NCBI RefSeq assembly: GCF_000143415.4
Contig: NW_003314261.1
Location: 4,084,880-4,148,879 of the forward strand
Source: Selaginella moellendorffii
Taxonomy: Eukaryota; Plantae; Lycopodiophyta
Reading direction: 5' to 3'
DNA: 64,000 bases
Translations under genes and position numbers: made by a program
Shown here: piece by piece, positions 1-11,890 of the stretch
Numbering within the stretch: the stretch's first letter is position 1
How the letters are laid out: each line of letters opens with the position of its first letter
Notes under the pieces: generated by a model
Seen by the model: only the letters and a program-made list of their open reading frames with translations
Database searches by the model: none
What the model was told of the DNA's origin: nothing

Positions 1-314
1 TCCTTTCTTTGAAAGAAAAAAAGTTTTGTAACACCATTTATATTTATTATATTTATTTTTACTCTGTTATTGATGTTTAGCCTTACTCCATAATTGCATC
101 CATTCTACTTCCCTATGTCAAAGCAAAATATTTTATTTAAACTTACTATACTTATTCTCACTCTATAATCTATACCATTTACCTTCATTTCACTATTATA
201 TCCACTTGTTCTTACTTCATTATCTAGGTTGTACTCCTATCTATCCCATTTACCCCCTCCTCCAAAGAAAAAAAAGTTTAAAATATCAACAAAAAAAAAA
301 GATCATGAGAAAAA

Positions 315-1280
315 TTAAGAAAAAATATTGTGAAAGAAAAAAAAGGTGAATAAAAAAGTATTAGTAAAGAAATTTTTAATAGTTATCAAAGTAGAAATAG
401 GAAAAGAAAAAGAGAAAAATGTGCTTAAAGCTTGGAAAAAAAGGGATATCCTATTATTAAATATTTTAGCCACCATAATATAACTAAAAAATTCACAGTA
501 CTTAACCTCCTTAACACACAACTCAATATTTGATGAGGGAAAATTAATAAAAATATCCACACTTTCAAAGCAATATATAAAGTCTTTAACAATAATGGCA
601 AAATAAAGGATTTTAATGGCATTTACAATTGGAGATATGTATTTTAATTGAAATTCTACCAAAAGTGACTTAACCTTTTGAACAAAAGAATATTTAATAC
701 CAAAACTGATCAAAGACTCTATTAATGAAACAAAAGTAAGATGTTCAACTTCACATACATACTTAACATCTAAATTCGTATGAAGAAGATATTAAACATT
801 GATTATGAGAATGAAAAGTTAAAGTACTAAAAGAAGGAAATACTATAAATGAGAAAAAAAAACTCTACAAAATTGTTTAAACTAAAAAAAAATGTTAAAA
901 AAGAGTAAAAGGTAAAGAGAAAATATTAAATGGCAATTTGAAAGATTGACAGTTACCCTTCAAAATCTCCACTTGTCTCTAAAGCTATCTTCATAGTAAT
1001 TAAACTCTCTATCAAAATTTAAAATCCATTTAAGCTTGTATATATTATTTTCCCATAAACTTGATCTTTAAATATTCTTCAAGAACTAAATTGCATCATT
1101 TATAGCTCTCCAATCAATATTACAATCATACTACATTTTAGTAAATGATAGCAAAACATCAAAAATAAGAGAAGCCATATAATTATGTCTCATGAAAGTT
1201 TGAAATCATTAAAGTTGAGTACAATACTAATATGATTATGCCCATTGCACTAAAAGTTTGATCTAATGGAGTAGCATTAA
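315..1280 (-). mobile_element. Highly decayed retroelement gag/protease-like remnant
   Basis: AT-rich ORF 315-713 begins (SL)ISFGIKYSFVQK, reminiscent of a decayed LIDSGA.xSFV aspartic-protease motif. Weak similarity only. Confidence 0.25.
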
Positions 1281-1821
1281 TACCTTTATAATGTATATGA
1301 TCATGGCATGGCATTTGAATAAACTATCATCACAAATCTTTAGAATCTTGGGAATAAAATAACCACTAAAAGTTTTTTTTATCAAGTCTAATTAGTTTAA
1401 AGGGAGAGAAATAAATTGCACTATATATGGTATTAAAACAAATGGCATAGGTTTGATTTCCATCAATTAAAGACTATTTAAAATATATATTGATCTAATC
1501 CCTTTTTCATAAATTTTAGTGTGTCCAATTTAATCTTGGTGTTTTGACAAGACGTTATCTTTAACAATTAATCACTAAATTGATCCACGGTCACAACCAA
1601 AGCTAAAGATAATAATGTAAATGAAAGGAGGTTGGTTTGAAAACTTGCTATCATATATTACAAGTTTATAAAAACCTATTACATTTTAATTTTTCTTGGA
1701 TAGGAATATACCTTACTCAAAATTATATTATGATGATATATTTAGAATATATTTTATTCATTCTAACATATTTTATAGTTAAAATTATACATATATGACA
1801 TCTATATATATGTGTGTGTAT

Positions 1822-3600
1822 AGTATGGATATGGAATATAGAAATGGAATAAAAAATATGTATATTCAATTAGCCCTAAAACCTTAGCTTATATATAGGA
1901 GTGAGTGGTCCAAATTAAAAATAATCGAATACCTATCAAAATCCCACTATAGTAATATTAATGTATAGCATTATAACCATACATTTGGACCTCACATCAT
2001 CCCTTCATCTCAAAAAGATAGAAGGCAATCAAAGTTTTCTAGTTGAAAGGCTAGGAATTATAAGAACATTAAAAGGAAGCATTAGTGAGTTTATAGATGG
2101 TATTAATTGTTCTTAATCCTTTTGTACAAAGCACTTTAGCCACTACACATGCTTAATTTCTTAAAGATTAGCCTATTGAAATTATGCCAGACCTCATAAA
2201 CTTGCTCCACTAAGTCATATAATTTATACTCCACTAGTGGATAATAATGGGAATTATAATGTTATTGTTGCCCTATTTGTATGCGGTCCAAATTTTCAAT
2301 AAACTCTACTTAAATTAGTGGAAGATTGTTCATCAAATACTTGTAACCTCATGGAATTGAACTTCCTAGCCTAGTACTATTCAAACCCTAGGACACTTAA
2401 CCCTAAATATTCTAAGACCCTTTACTGATTAAAAAAAGAAATGCACTTTTATTCATAGATCTTTTCTCTTTATATTTAAACCCTTTGGATTGTTTATCAT
2501 GTTGTTCTCTTTAATTGCTTACAATATTAATCCCAAGACATAGCATTAATAGTTTGTGGCAATCACAAAGAAAAACTCAATTTCATTGGCAATATCAGAT
2601 CATGATTATGTAATAATTTATATGGTGAAACATCAATGAAACTCGATGCCCTATGACATATACATACCAAAAAAATTATAAATAATCATCATAATCTAAA
2701 TGTTAAAAATTCACATATTTCACGATCATTCTTTTGAAGGTTTGACAAACTATTCCACTAAACCATCCATCTGTGTAGATAAACACTTGTAACAGTGTGG
2801 TATATCTCTAACTAAGATATTAAAATATGAAATGCCTCAATTATAAATGTAGGATCATTATCTGTAAGAATCCACTTAGAACAAAAAAGTTGGAATACTA
2901 TCTAATTAATGAGGAAGTATCTAATAATAGTTGCAAATACACTAGTAAAAATATTGATTTTTACCTAGCAACTTAAGTAGTCAAAGGCAATAATGATATA
3001 CTCATTGCTAGTAGTTAACCATAAAAAAAGCCCCAGTAGTTGACCATAAATCAAATGCCACAAACTCAAACAAATGGAAAATTACAATAAACTTCAACCA
3101 TCTTTCCATAATATGAGGGGGAGTATTACAAGTTTGGCACCAAAACTACACATATACCAAATAAAATTATATTTTATATTTGACTAATAGAAAAATTTGC
3201 ACAACTTATCAATCATATGATAACGTCCTATATGCTTGTGCAAATAGGAGAGTTATGGTAAATATAGAGAAAATGTGGAATTAATATTAAAGGCACCACT
3301 AGCCATTAATGATCATTATGATCCATTTTGATAAAATATGTCCTTAATGTAATATTAAAAATGTAAATGCCAAAAAAGCAAGTCATTTAAAAAGTGATGT
3401 AAGATTCTCAAACTTATCACAAAGTCTTTGAATCCATGGCACAACTTTGTAAACATCATAAACCTCATTAAGAGAAGGTAAATTTTGCTCCACAAATTAT
3501 AGATACTAAATATCAAATATAATAACCATCAATAGCACAAAATCTTTTTCTAGAAAATCCACTAATGTTACAATAATAAGTTCATCAGAAATAAGAGAAG
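1822..3600 (-). mobile_element. Decayed copy of gypsy family A (3' LTR part, PPT, integrase, end of RNase H region)
   Basis: Reverse complement aligns by eye with 28240-29890, e.g. cctcacatcatcccttcatct vs rc of agatgaggggatgatgtaagg, and tgtatgcggtc shared. Differences are mostly C>T/G>A. Confidence 0.9.
2342..2523 (-). mobile_element. 5S-containing (Cassandra-like) solo LTR inserted in the decayed gypsy copy
   Basis: TG...CA ends; rc matches 25867-26060; 5-bp TSD atact/atatt. The empty site tcaaatactgatccc is present in the other gypsy copy (rc of ~29316-29330). Confidence 0.85.
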
Positions 3601-4435
3601 AGGGGCAAGTATTAGACTTAAATCTATGGTGATGAGTCTACTTCTATTTTAACCCTATATTTCTATGAGGAAAAAAAGCAAGTATGATTTTTAAGATGGT
3701 GCTAGCTATATTGTTGCAACATTGATATCAACCATATGAAGCAGTTTGAAGACACTATAGTGACTAAACTTCATATAATCTTTAAAGAATGGCTGACTAC
3801 TAATAAAGTCATGCTCACCTCAAATAAGATTGAAAACCTTGAGAAATTTAATTTCAAACTTGAAAGGAGAGTTAGAGACATGAATGACAGAATCAAGATT
3901 ATTCCCACAAATATGCACAAAAAAGTTAACAATAAAAGGCAAAGCAGTTAAATTTATTAGTACTATCTCTAAGAAGAAGTAAAGTAAAATAAACTTAGCT
4001 TAAACGCTTGAATGTGAGATTCTTTCCACAAAGCACATCACTGCACTTGTAAAAAAGTATATAGTTAAAACATAAAGTGAAAAGTACATAATTGCCATTC
4101 AAGATTTTCTTTTTTGCACATATCTAAACTTTACGAAAAAGCTAAGCCATGTGATTACTTTGTATAAGTTGTCTTATTTACAAGAACAAGATTTTGATGC
4201 CACAATAATGTGTGTTAATCTCCATGTCTTAGTAGTAATGGATTGTGAAGAATAATGTGAAAATCAATATAATAAAATCAAAAACAAGATTTTACATAGC
4301 AGCCATCAATTTCTAAAGCATGACTATTTTGAAAGCAGTGGGTTCCAGTGTTAGGCTTTATAACCTGGAAAATTTTGTAGCATCACAGAAAGGTCTCTCT
4401 TTCCAGTGATATTGGGCTTTGCTATCGAGAGTGCC

Positions 4436-5230
4436 ATGATTTTCTTCAAGTCATGCAGCATGCTTTTGCTCCTCCTGGTTTATACTGTCACATGTGATGG
4501 ATCTCAGGAGGTTTTGGATCGAAATACAGGGAGTTTTGGAGACGCCAAGAACTTTGGCTTTGGAATTCCCAAGAGCACGATCGATTTCTTCTGTTGGAGG
4601 CCATGGCTGAGAAGGCCCTGGTGGTTTCCAAATCGTTTGTGCCCTCCTAATGCACCTCCTTACTGCTACAAATCCCCACCACCACCGATGGAATTGCCAA
4701 CACCACCGGTTGAATCACAACCTCCGCCAGTTGAATCGCCATCACCTCCTCACCATCAGAAATCTCCACCACCGCCAGTTGAATCGCCACCACCTCCTTA
4801 CCAGTACAAGTCTCCACCACCACCACCACCACCACCAAAATGCGGGAAGACTCCACCTCCGCCGCCACCACCACCGAAATGCGAGAAATCTTCACCACCA
4901 CCGCCACCCAAGTCTCCGCCGCCGCCACCACCAAAACGCGAGAAGTGTCCACCTCCATACGAATACAAATCTCCACCACCACCACCACCAAAATGTGAGA
5001 AATCTCCACCACCGCCAGCTCCATACGAGTACAAATCTCCACCACCACCACCGTCTTCACCTCCATCGCCACTATATAAATACGAGTCTCCACCACCACC
5101 AGCATATGAATACAAATGCGCACCACCACCGCCGCCACCACCCCATCACCAGCATGTGAAATCCCCACCTCCACCATCGCTACCAATCTACTGGTACCAA
5201 TCTCCACCACCAGAATTAGTTAAAAAATGA
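4436..5230 (+). CDS. Extensin (hydroxyproline-rich cell-wall glycoprotein)
   Basis: Signal peptide MIFFKSCSMLLLLLVYTVTCDG; many SP4-8 repeats; YQYKS/YEYKS/YKYES YxY cross-linking motifs; intronless. Confidence 0.93.
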   Translation: MIFFKSCSMLLLLLVYTVTCDGSQEVLDRNTGSFGDAKNFGFGIPKSTIDFFCWRPWLRRPWWFPNRLCPPNAPPYCYKSPPPPMELPTPPVESQPPPVESPSPPHHQKSPPPPVESPPPPYQYKSPPPPPPPPKCGKTPPPPPPPPKCEKSSPPPPPKSPPPPPPKREKCPPPYEYKSPPPPPPKCEKSPPPPAPYEYKSPPPPPSSPPSPLYKYESPPPPAYEYKCAPPPPPPPHHQHVKSPPPPSLPIYWYQSPPPELVKK

Positions 5231-5917
5231 ATTTCTATCTTTGGCAACTTATAAACAAAGATAAATTGAACATAAGTAGTTTTGCACAGAACTTGAGAGC
5301 TTGTGATCTTTATCTGATATTCTACAAAGATGATGACAGAAACTTATATAGAAATTTGAGTCAAACACTGAGCTCGGAAAGTAGATTCACGAACACCGAA
5401 TTCGCCACATAATTGCTCGCTCACCTGAGATTAGAACCGCAAGATGGAAAAACAGAGTGACAATCTCCATCTATGCAAATATCGAGGAGAATTCTCGTTG
5501 ACACAGTTCCTACAAGGGGAAGTTACGTAATACGTTCTTATTTGACAAGAAAGCTCGTCTCACGTTATTCATTTCCCACGAGGTTTCACCAGAGTCATTA
5601 AGGCCGACTTCCGGAAGACCAAAAAGCGTGGCTGCTCGGTCGATCAATGCCTGGCCGGCCAGATTGCAACGCTTTTGTTGCTCACTCCACCCTGCTCGAC
5701 GATGGCATCAATCTTGGCATCGCAATCTCGCAAAAAGCCTTCGCAAGCACCCGCTTTTTCCACAAGCGCTCTTAAAAACTCGCAAGCATACGAGCTGCTC
5801 GTTGGAGCTCTCACTCCGAGCACCGCTCCTGCGGGATTTAATGGCGAGCTCCTGGTATAAAATCGCAAACACGCACCTCTTCTCTCCTACGCTCCATGCA
5901 CAGGAAGGCCAGCAACA

Positions 5918-7571
5918 ATGCTTGCTTCGTTTGTGTTCTTCCTGGTCCTTCTTCTCACCACTTCAGGTATTGCCTCACCTGTAAAAGATGAAGTTTTAGA
6001 ACTCCAGAAAGGAAAGAAAACTTACGAGATTGTTTGTACTTGCCAGGAGAAGTCGAATGCCGATCGAGGAAAAAGACGCATGACGAAGGAACTTCCAGCA
6101 GCAACAAAAAGTCTCCCTCGAGCTCCCTGTTCGAATCCAAAGTCGGTGTCAACTATGGCCGGATTGCCGACAACCTTCCCCCGCCAAACCAAGTCCTCCA
6201 GCTCCTCACATCCGCAACCGATATCCGCAAGGTCAAGCTCTTCGATGCGGAGCCATCGGTTCTAAGCGCCTTCTCCAACACAGACTTCTCGCTCGTCGTC
6301 TCCGCTCCAAACTACATGCTCTCCGATCTCGCCTCGGACCAATCCAAGGCTCTCAACTGGCTCACAAGCTCCGTCGCCAGCTTCTATCCCGCCACCAACA
6401 TCACCCACATCGCCGTCGGCAACGAAGTCTTCTCGCAGACCGATGGAGCGCTCAAGGCCAACCTCCTCCCGGCCATGAAGAACGTCTACTCGGCCCTCGA
6501 GAAGCTCAAGCTCCACAAACGGATCAAAGTCTCCACGCCCCACGCCATGTCCGTCCTCAGCTCCTCCTTCCCTCCATCAAACGGCTCCTTCTCGGACACC
6601 ACCAGAGCCTCCCTCATGCCACCGCTCCTCCAGTTCCTCAACGACACCGGCAATCCCTTCATGATCAACGTCTACCCCTTCTTCGCCTACTCGACCAGCC
6701 CAAAGTCGGTCTCGCTCGACTTCGTGCTCTTCCGCTCCACCAAAGGCGAGCTGGATCCCATGTCGGGCCTGAGCTACGCCAACATGTTTGACGCCCAGCT
6801 CGACGCCGTCCACTTCGCCATGCAGTCACTGGGCTTCGACCGCATACCTCTTCTCGTGTCCGAGACCGGCTGGCCATCCAGTGGTGACGACTCAGAGACC
6901 GGCGCTAGCGTGGAGAATGCCCGAGAGTACATCCGGAACCTCGTCAAGCACGTAACTTCCACCTCGGGCACCACCCCGGTGAGGCCGAGCTCTCCCACCG
7001 AGGTCTATATCTTCGCGCTCTTCAACGAGGACCAAAAGCCCGGCCCCAAGTCCGAGAGGAACTTCGGCCTCTTCCAGCCCAACGGGAGCCCCGTCTATAG
7101 CTCCGACGTCCTTCGCAGTGGCAGCAATGGCAGTGGTACCAGCGGCGCCGCCAGTAAGAGCAAGCGGAGGAAGAAGAGATCGATCAATCCCCCGCGGCAA
7201 CACCACCACCACCAGAAGATGTATCGATCCTCGGCCAGCAGCGTCCGGCAGTGGTGCATTGCCAAGCCCGGCGCCGACGCCGCCGCTCTGGAGAAGGGGA
7301 TAACCTTTGCCTGCGCCGAGGGAGGGATCGATTGCTCGCCGATCCAGAGCAACGGGAGCTGCTTCGATCCCCAGATCGCCTTCTCGCACGCCTCGTTCGT
7401 CTACAATAGCTACTTCCAGAAAATGGGGAGGAATTCGTGGAACTGCTACTTCCAGGACACGGCAATGATCACCATCACCGATCCAAGTAAGAGAAAACCC
7501 TATCCCGATTGATCGATGGCTAACCTCGTGGCAATGCAGGCTATGGATCTTGCCGGTACCTCTCCACATAA
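5918..7571 (+). CDS. Glucan endo-1,3-beta-glucosidase (GH17) with C-terminal X8/CBM43 domain, 3 exons
   Basis: Exons 5918-5966, 6047-7486 and 7540-7571 with GT-AG introns of 80 and 53 nt that keep frame. Motifs GVNYG, IAVGNE, VSETGWPS, YIFALFNE, ERNFGLF; X8 WCIAK...DPSYGSCRY; signal peptide; no GPI tail. Confidence 0.95.
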
Positions 7572-8301
7572 ACCCTAAAACACATAATTTCACCTCATTT
7601 AAATGGAAAGGACCACAAAAGCCCTACATTCTTCCTCCTCCAAGGAAGCTGTTTGCGATCGTCTCATGCAGTGAAGATTTCGCGAGGCGCTTTGTTCCAG
7701 ACGCAGGACGAGCCAGCGTTTTGTGGCATTCATGGAGATCCATTCCTTTCTGCCTTCCATTTCCCATTCCATGCTCGATGAAAACGAGATCATTCTTTGC
7801 GCAGAACGTGGAAAGAGGATTTGCTCTGCATGCAAGCCGAATGCTCGCCTGGAATGACCTGTGTTTGGAAAAACCAAGAAGTTTCAGTTCTTTTTAGTGT
7901 GAGCTGCCATTCCTACAGGACTACTAGTTCATTCTTTAACCTTTGAACTTCAAAAGAGCATTGCTGACAAGACGGATCACGGCCGCCACCCGTGGTGGTT
8001 TTCAGTTTCCAGCGATAGTAAAGAGAATCTACTTCAAGATGGACGACTTGGTGTGTTACATCTAGACGCCTACTACATCAATGCCAGTGTGTTTGGACTT
8101 CCATGGAAGCTTGCTCATGCGAGAGATGGCAACGAGCGCACCCCGACTCGGGCTTGCCCATAGATTTGGCAGGCTTGCAAGCATGTACTGCACAGAGGAA
8201 AGAATCAAGGAATAAAGGGCACTGTAGTTTTATTTTTTATTACTAGACATTCCCTTACGGAAGTTCAAAAATTCTGAGGTAGAACCCCACTAGGCTTTAC
8301 A

Positions 8302-8777
8302 GTGGCTCAAATTGCTGAGGCTTTCGAGGGAGCTCGAGAGTTTTTGACGGTCCATTTAAGAACGGTGACTTTAGAAGAAGTGCAGTTTTATATTTCTCAC
8401 AGTGGAGACTTGCCCAAAGTCATCGTATGTAATTCTCAAGTTTTTAGTGTATACATTGTTGCCAAGCTTTTAGCACTTAGAAATCCCGTCCAGAATTTCA
8501 AAGTCAACGTTGATACATAGGGTCAAGTGCTCCAAATGCTGCTCCTGCATGTTTGTGAGTCTTAATTGCTGATTCTATACGTATGTTCTTTGTTGATCAT
8601 TACGGAAACCCTTTACTTCGTCAACCTTTTCCGTGCTCGGATCCATTATGCAACTATACACACACTAACAACTCCTGTAGCTACAACGAGGACACATTGA
8701 TGGATCATACGGAAGACGCCCCGGGCGCAAGAGACTACATACACAATGTCTTTGAAAGTAGAAAAACTGCAACTTAA
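8302..8777 (+). pseudogene. Hypothetical gene fragment(s)
   Basis: Two adjacent protein-like ORFs (72 and 64 aa) separated by a stop and an intron-like stretch; no recognisable domain. Confidence 0.25.
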
Positions 8778-9350
8778 TGCAGGTTTTGTTCTTTTACCTC
8801 GGATCTCGGAACTTTCGGAGATTGAAACATTATAAATTTGAACATTAAATCGTCGTTTTTACAGCTAAATCAAAGAAAATGATATGAAAAAAAACCATCA
8901 CGAGTCTGAACTATTCTGCTGCTCTGCTCGATCAAACTTGTCACTGCTCTTGCTTCCTCTTTGCTTTTTGAAGCTGCTGCTGGGCGAACTTAAAACTTCG
9001 ATTTTTCAAGCTGCTGTCCGTGCTTGGTTTAAGAAATTTTTCGTCTTTAAGCTGCTCAATCTTTGCTGCTCGATCTTAGCTGTTTCAGCCTGCTCCCTTT
9101 GTCTCCAAGTTTTAAAACCATCTTACGCTTTTCCATTCCAACTTGCTTGATTCTTATGATCTCTGACGCTTCGCTGCTTCAAGTCCTGCTCCACCCTCAT
9201 TTACATATTCTTCTGGCGGCCTCCTATGATCTGGACCAAGTTGGCAGTCAGACTATTTTCCAAATAGAAAAGAAACATAATCTCTCAAGGTTATACTCAC
9301 AAATTGGCCAGAATAAGCAGCTCCTTAGCGTAGTCTCTGAGATGTTTTAT

Positions 9351-11766
9351 TTATTTAGTCTCGAAGAGACGGGCTCCTACGATCTGGACCAAGTTGGAGC
9401 TCAGAAGATATTCCACCAGACCAGAAAAGAAAAAAAGAAAAAAAATACCATAGGATTTGTTGCTGATACTAAAGGAGCTACCATCACAATTTGTGTGTCG
9501 CTGTAGCTTGCTTCTCACGGATGAAATGAATGGAAGAGCAAACTCTACGTACCCTCGGTCCAGATTGCTCGATTGTAAAGGTGGCCAATGAACCTCTGAA
9601 TCGCCTAGTAACCTTTGCACCAGCTTCCACGTTCCATGAAACTCGTCCGATCTTCTGTCTTTATGACTGTTGCTTCGTCTTAGAGTTCGCTCCAGCTCTT
9701 GTAGTCTCCGCATGACAGAGGCGAACATCAGCCGTTTTTGAATCCGAACCTATGGCTCCACCGCCACAAGCAGCTTCTTCCAGTTCGAGATCATCTTGCC
9801 ATCATCATCTTCTATCATCCAAGCACCTGTATGAGCTGGACAGCATTGAAGCTCTCGTCCCGTTTCCATCAACTAGAGAGCTTTGTCTTGATCCGTCTCG
9901 GCATCTCATCTTCTCCTTCATCTCGCTGTTCTCACGCCGACGTTTGATGGACTCTGCTCCACTTCCAGAGCCCGGGTGGCCGACTGCTTCGGCCACTTTC
10001 AACAGCTTCAGCTGCTTCATCTCGGCCACCCTCTCGAACAGCTCCGAAACTTTGGAGTCAAGGGAGGACGTGGAGACTGGTCTCTGGCGTTTTGGAGGCT
10101 TGCTACTGCTTCCCTGTGCTGCTCGAGCTGTCAGAGATTTCAATATACTTGGCTTGCACCTCTGTTCTGGATTTGACTCTCGAGACTTCTCGAACTTCCA
10201 TTCTCGTTTCTTCAACGTGCTTAGAACCTCTGACAGTTAGGGAATGCTTCCGCCACTTCAGGCCTTGATCGTGCTGAGAAGCTCGAGTGGAAGCACGCAA
10301 AAACACAGCTTCCTGCGAAGCCAGATGCTCCTCCTTGTCGCATGTAGCGTCCATCTGGTCCGTCAAACCTCTGGAGCGCGGCGCTCCATGTGCTCTCTCA
10401 TCGGTTTTCCTCGGCTTGTCTTCTTCATCCTTCAGAGCTCCTCGTTCAGTCTCCCCCCCCAAAGCTTTGCCTTGCATCCGGCACGTCTCTCTCTCCTAGA
10501 GCGCCTCAAGACCCGTGGTCCTCTCCATCAGCTGCCAGTTACTTGCTTCTCCAGGCTCGCCTTTGCGCTTCCTAACTCCGCCATCCTCTTCTCGACGTGC
10601 TCCTCGCCGAGAGCTCCACCTCGTGCAGCGGATTCGACTCCGTCAGCCATTATCCCCTGGGGCTTCTCCTTCAAGAACTCTGTCCGAACACTTCCCTCAT
10701 TCCACCAGATGACAGAGAACGTCTAGCGTAGTCTGTCTTATAGTCTCCGCAGCCATCCGAAACCCCGGTCACGAGCAGCTTCAGCTATATCGTCCTCTTG
10801 CCATCTTGCAGCCATCTGACACTGGTTTCTGTTGTTCCTCGCTACTATCATGGACAGCCTTACCGCAGCAGGCGCTCTTGAATCATCTCCGTCCACTGGA
10901 AAGCCGATAAGATAGATCCCTCCTTGCTCCAGACACTGTAGAGTGTGGCTCAACTTGATCCATTGATCTTCTCTTGAGGTCTCTGGCCTGTTTAGACGCC
11001 GAAGTTAGCCAACGTGTGATGGACTTCTCCGCCTGGAGCCCCGAGACACGGTCGTCACCCGCCGCTTTCGCGTCTCAGACAGCTTCCGAAACTTTGGAGT
11101 CGAGTTCTCCAGAAGGTTGATCTTCTCTTGACTTAACTGGTCTCTAGCTTTAGTCGCCTGCTCCTGTGCTTCTCAACTTGCTTGGAGATTTGGCTCGCAG
11201 CTCCAACTTCTGGATTTGACTCTCGAGAGTTGGCTTCTCCGATGCTAGAGTCCGAGAACTGGCCTCGAGTTGACCAATCCTTACAGCCGACTTCTCGAGC
11301 TCGTAACTTCATTTCTCGTTTCTTCGACGTGCTTGCCATCAGCATCCTTCTTGAGTCCCTTGCAGAGCAATCTGACACAGAGTTCTTTCCTGATACTTTC
11401 ACCCGAGCAGCTGTACGAGCATTCCTGGACAGCCCTGACGCGTTTTCAAAGTCTCCGTCAACTAGAGAGCTCTACCAGATGACAGAGAACGTCCAGCGCA
11501 GTCTGTCTTCTCTGTGAATCCGAATACCCCCACCGTCACGAGCAGCTTCAGCTATATCATATTCTCGCTATCACCATCTCGTTGCAGTCTTCAAGCTGTG
11601 AACATTTAGCTCCTGTCTCATCTCCGTCGACTGGAAAGCTGATAAAAGAGAAACCTCCTTGTTCCAGACACTGTAGAGTGTAGTCCCCCTTAATAGTCTT
11701 TGCAGCAAGGTGAACACCAGCCTCAGCTGCTTCTAGAGCGCTTTGATCAGAGTTCGCAAGCTGCAT
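9351..11766 (-). pseudogene. Mosaic of tandemly duplicated, broken lineage-specific gene segments
   Basis: Direct duplicates: ccagatgacagagaacgtc (10706/11474), TLQCLEQGG..I.FPVDGD (ORFs 10738 and 11557), ttctggatttgactctcgaga (10165/11208). GYVEFA motif shared with ORF 11891-12604. Confidence 0.55.
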
Positions 11767-11890
11767 CCTCGCCGGTCTTCTCGCTTTGTGAGTTTCCTTG
11801 CAGCAATGTCGTCTTGATCCCTCGATGAGACTGCATCCTGGCCGATCATCTTCTCGCCATCATGGTTCCGACAAAACAAACACTCATCGT

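Noticed and set aside
4647-5210. His-rich, Val-rich and Gly-rich ORFs overlapping the extensin
   Set aside because: Alternative-frame and antisense shadows of CCA repeats.
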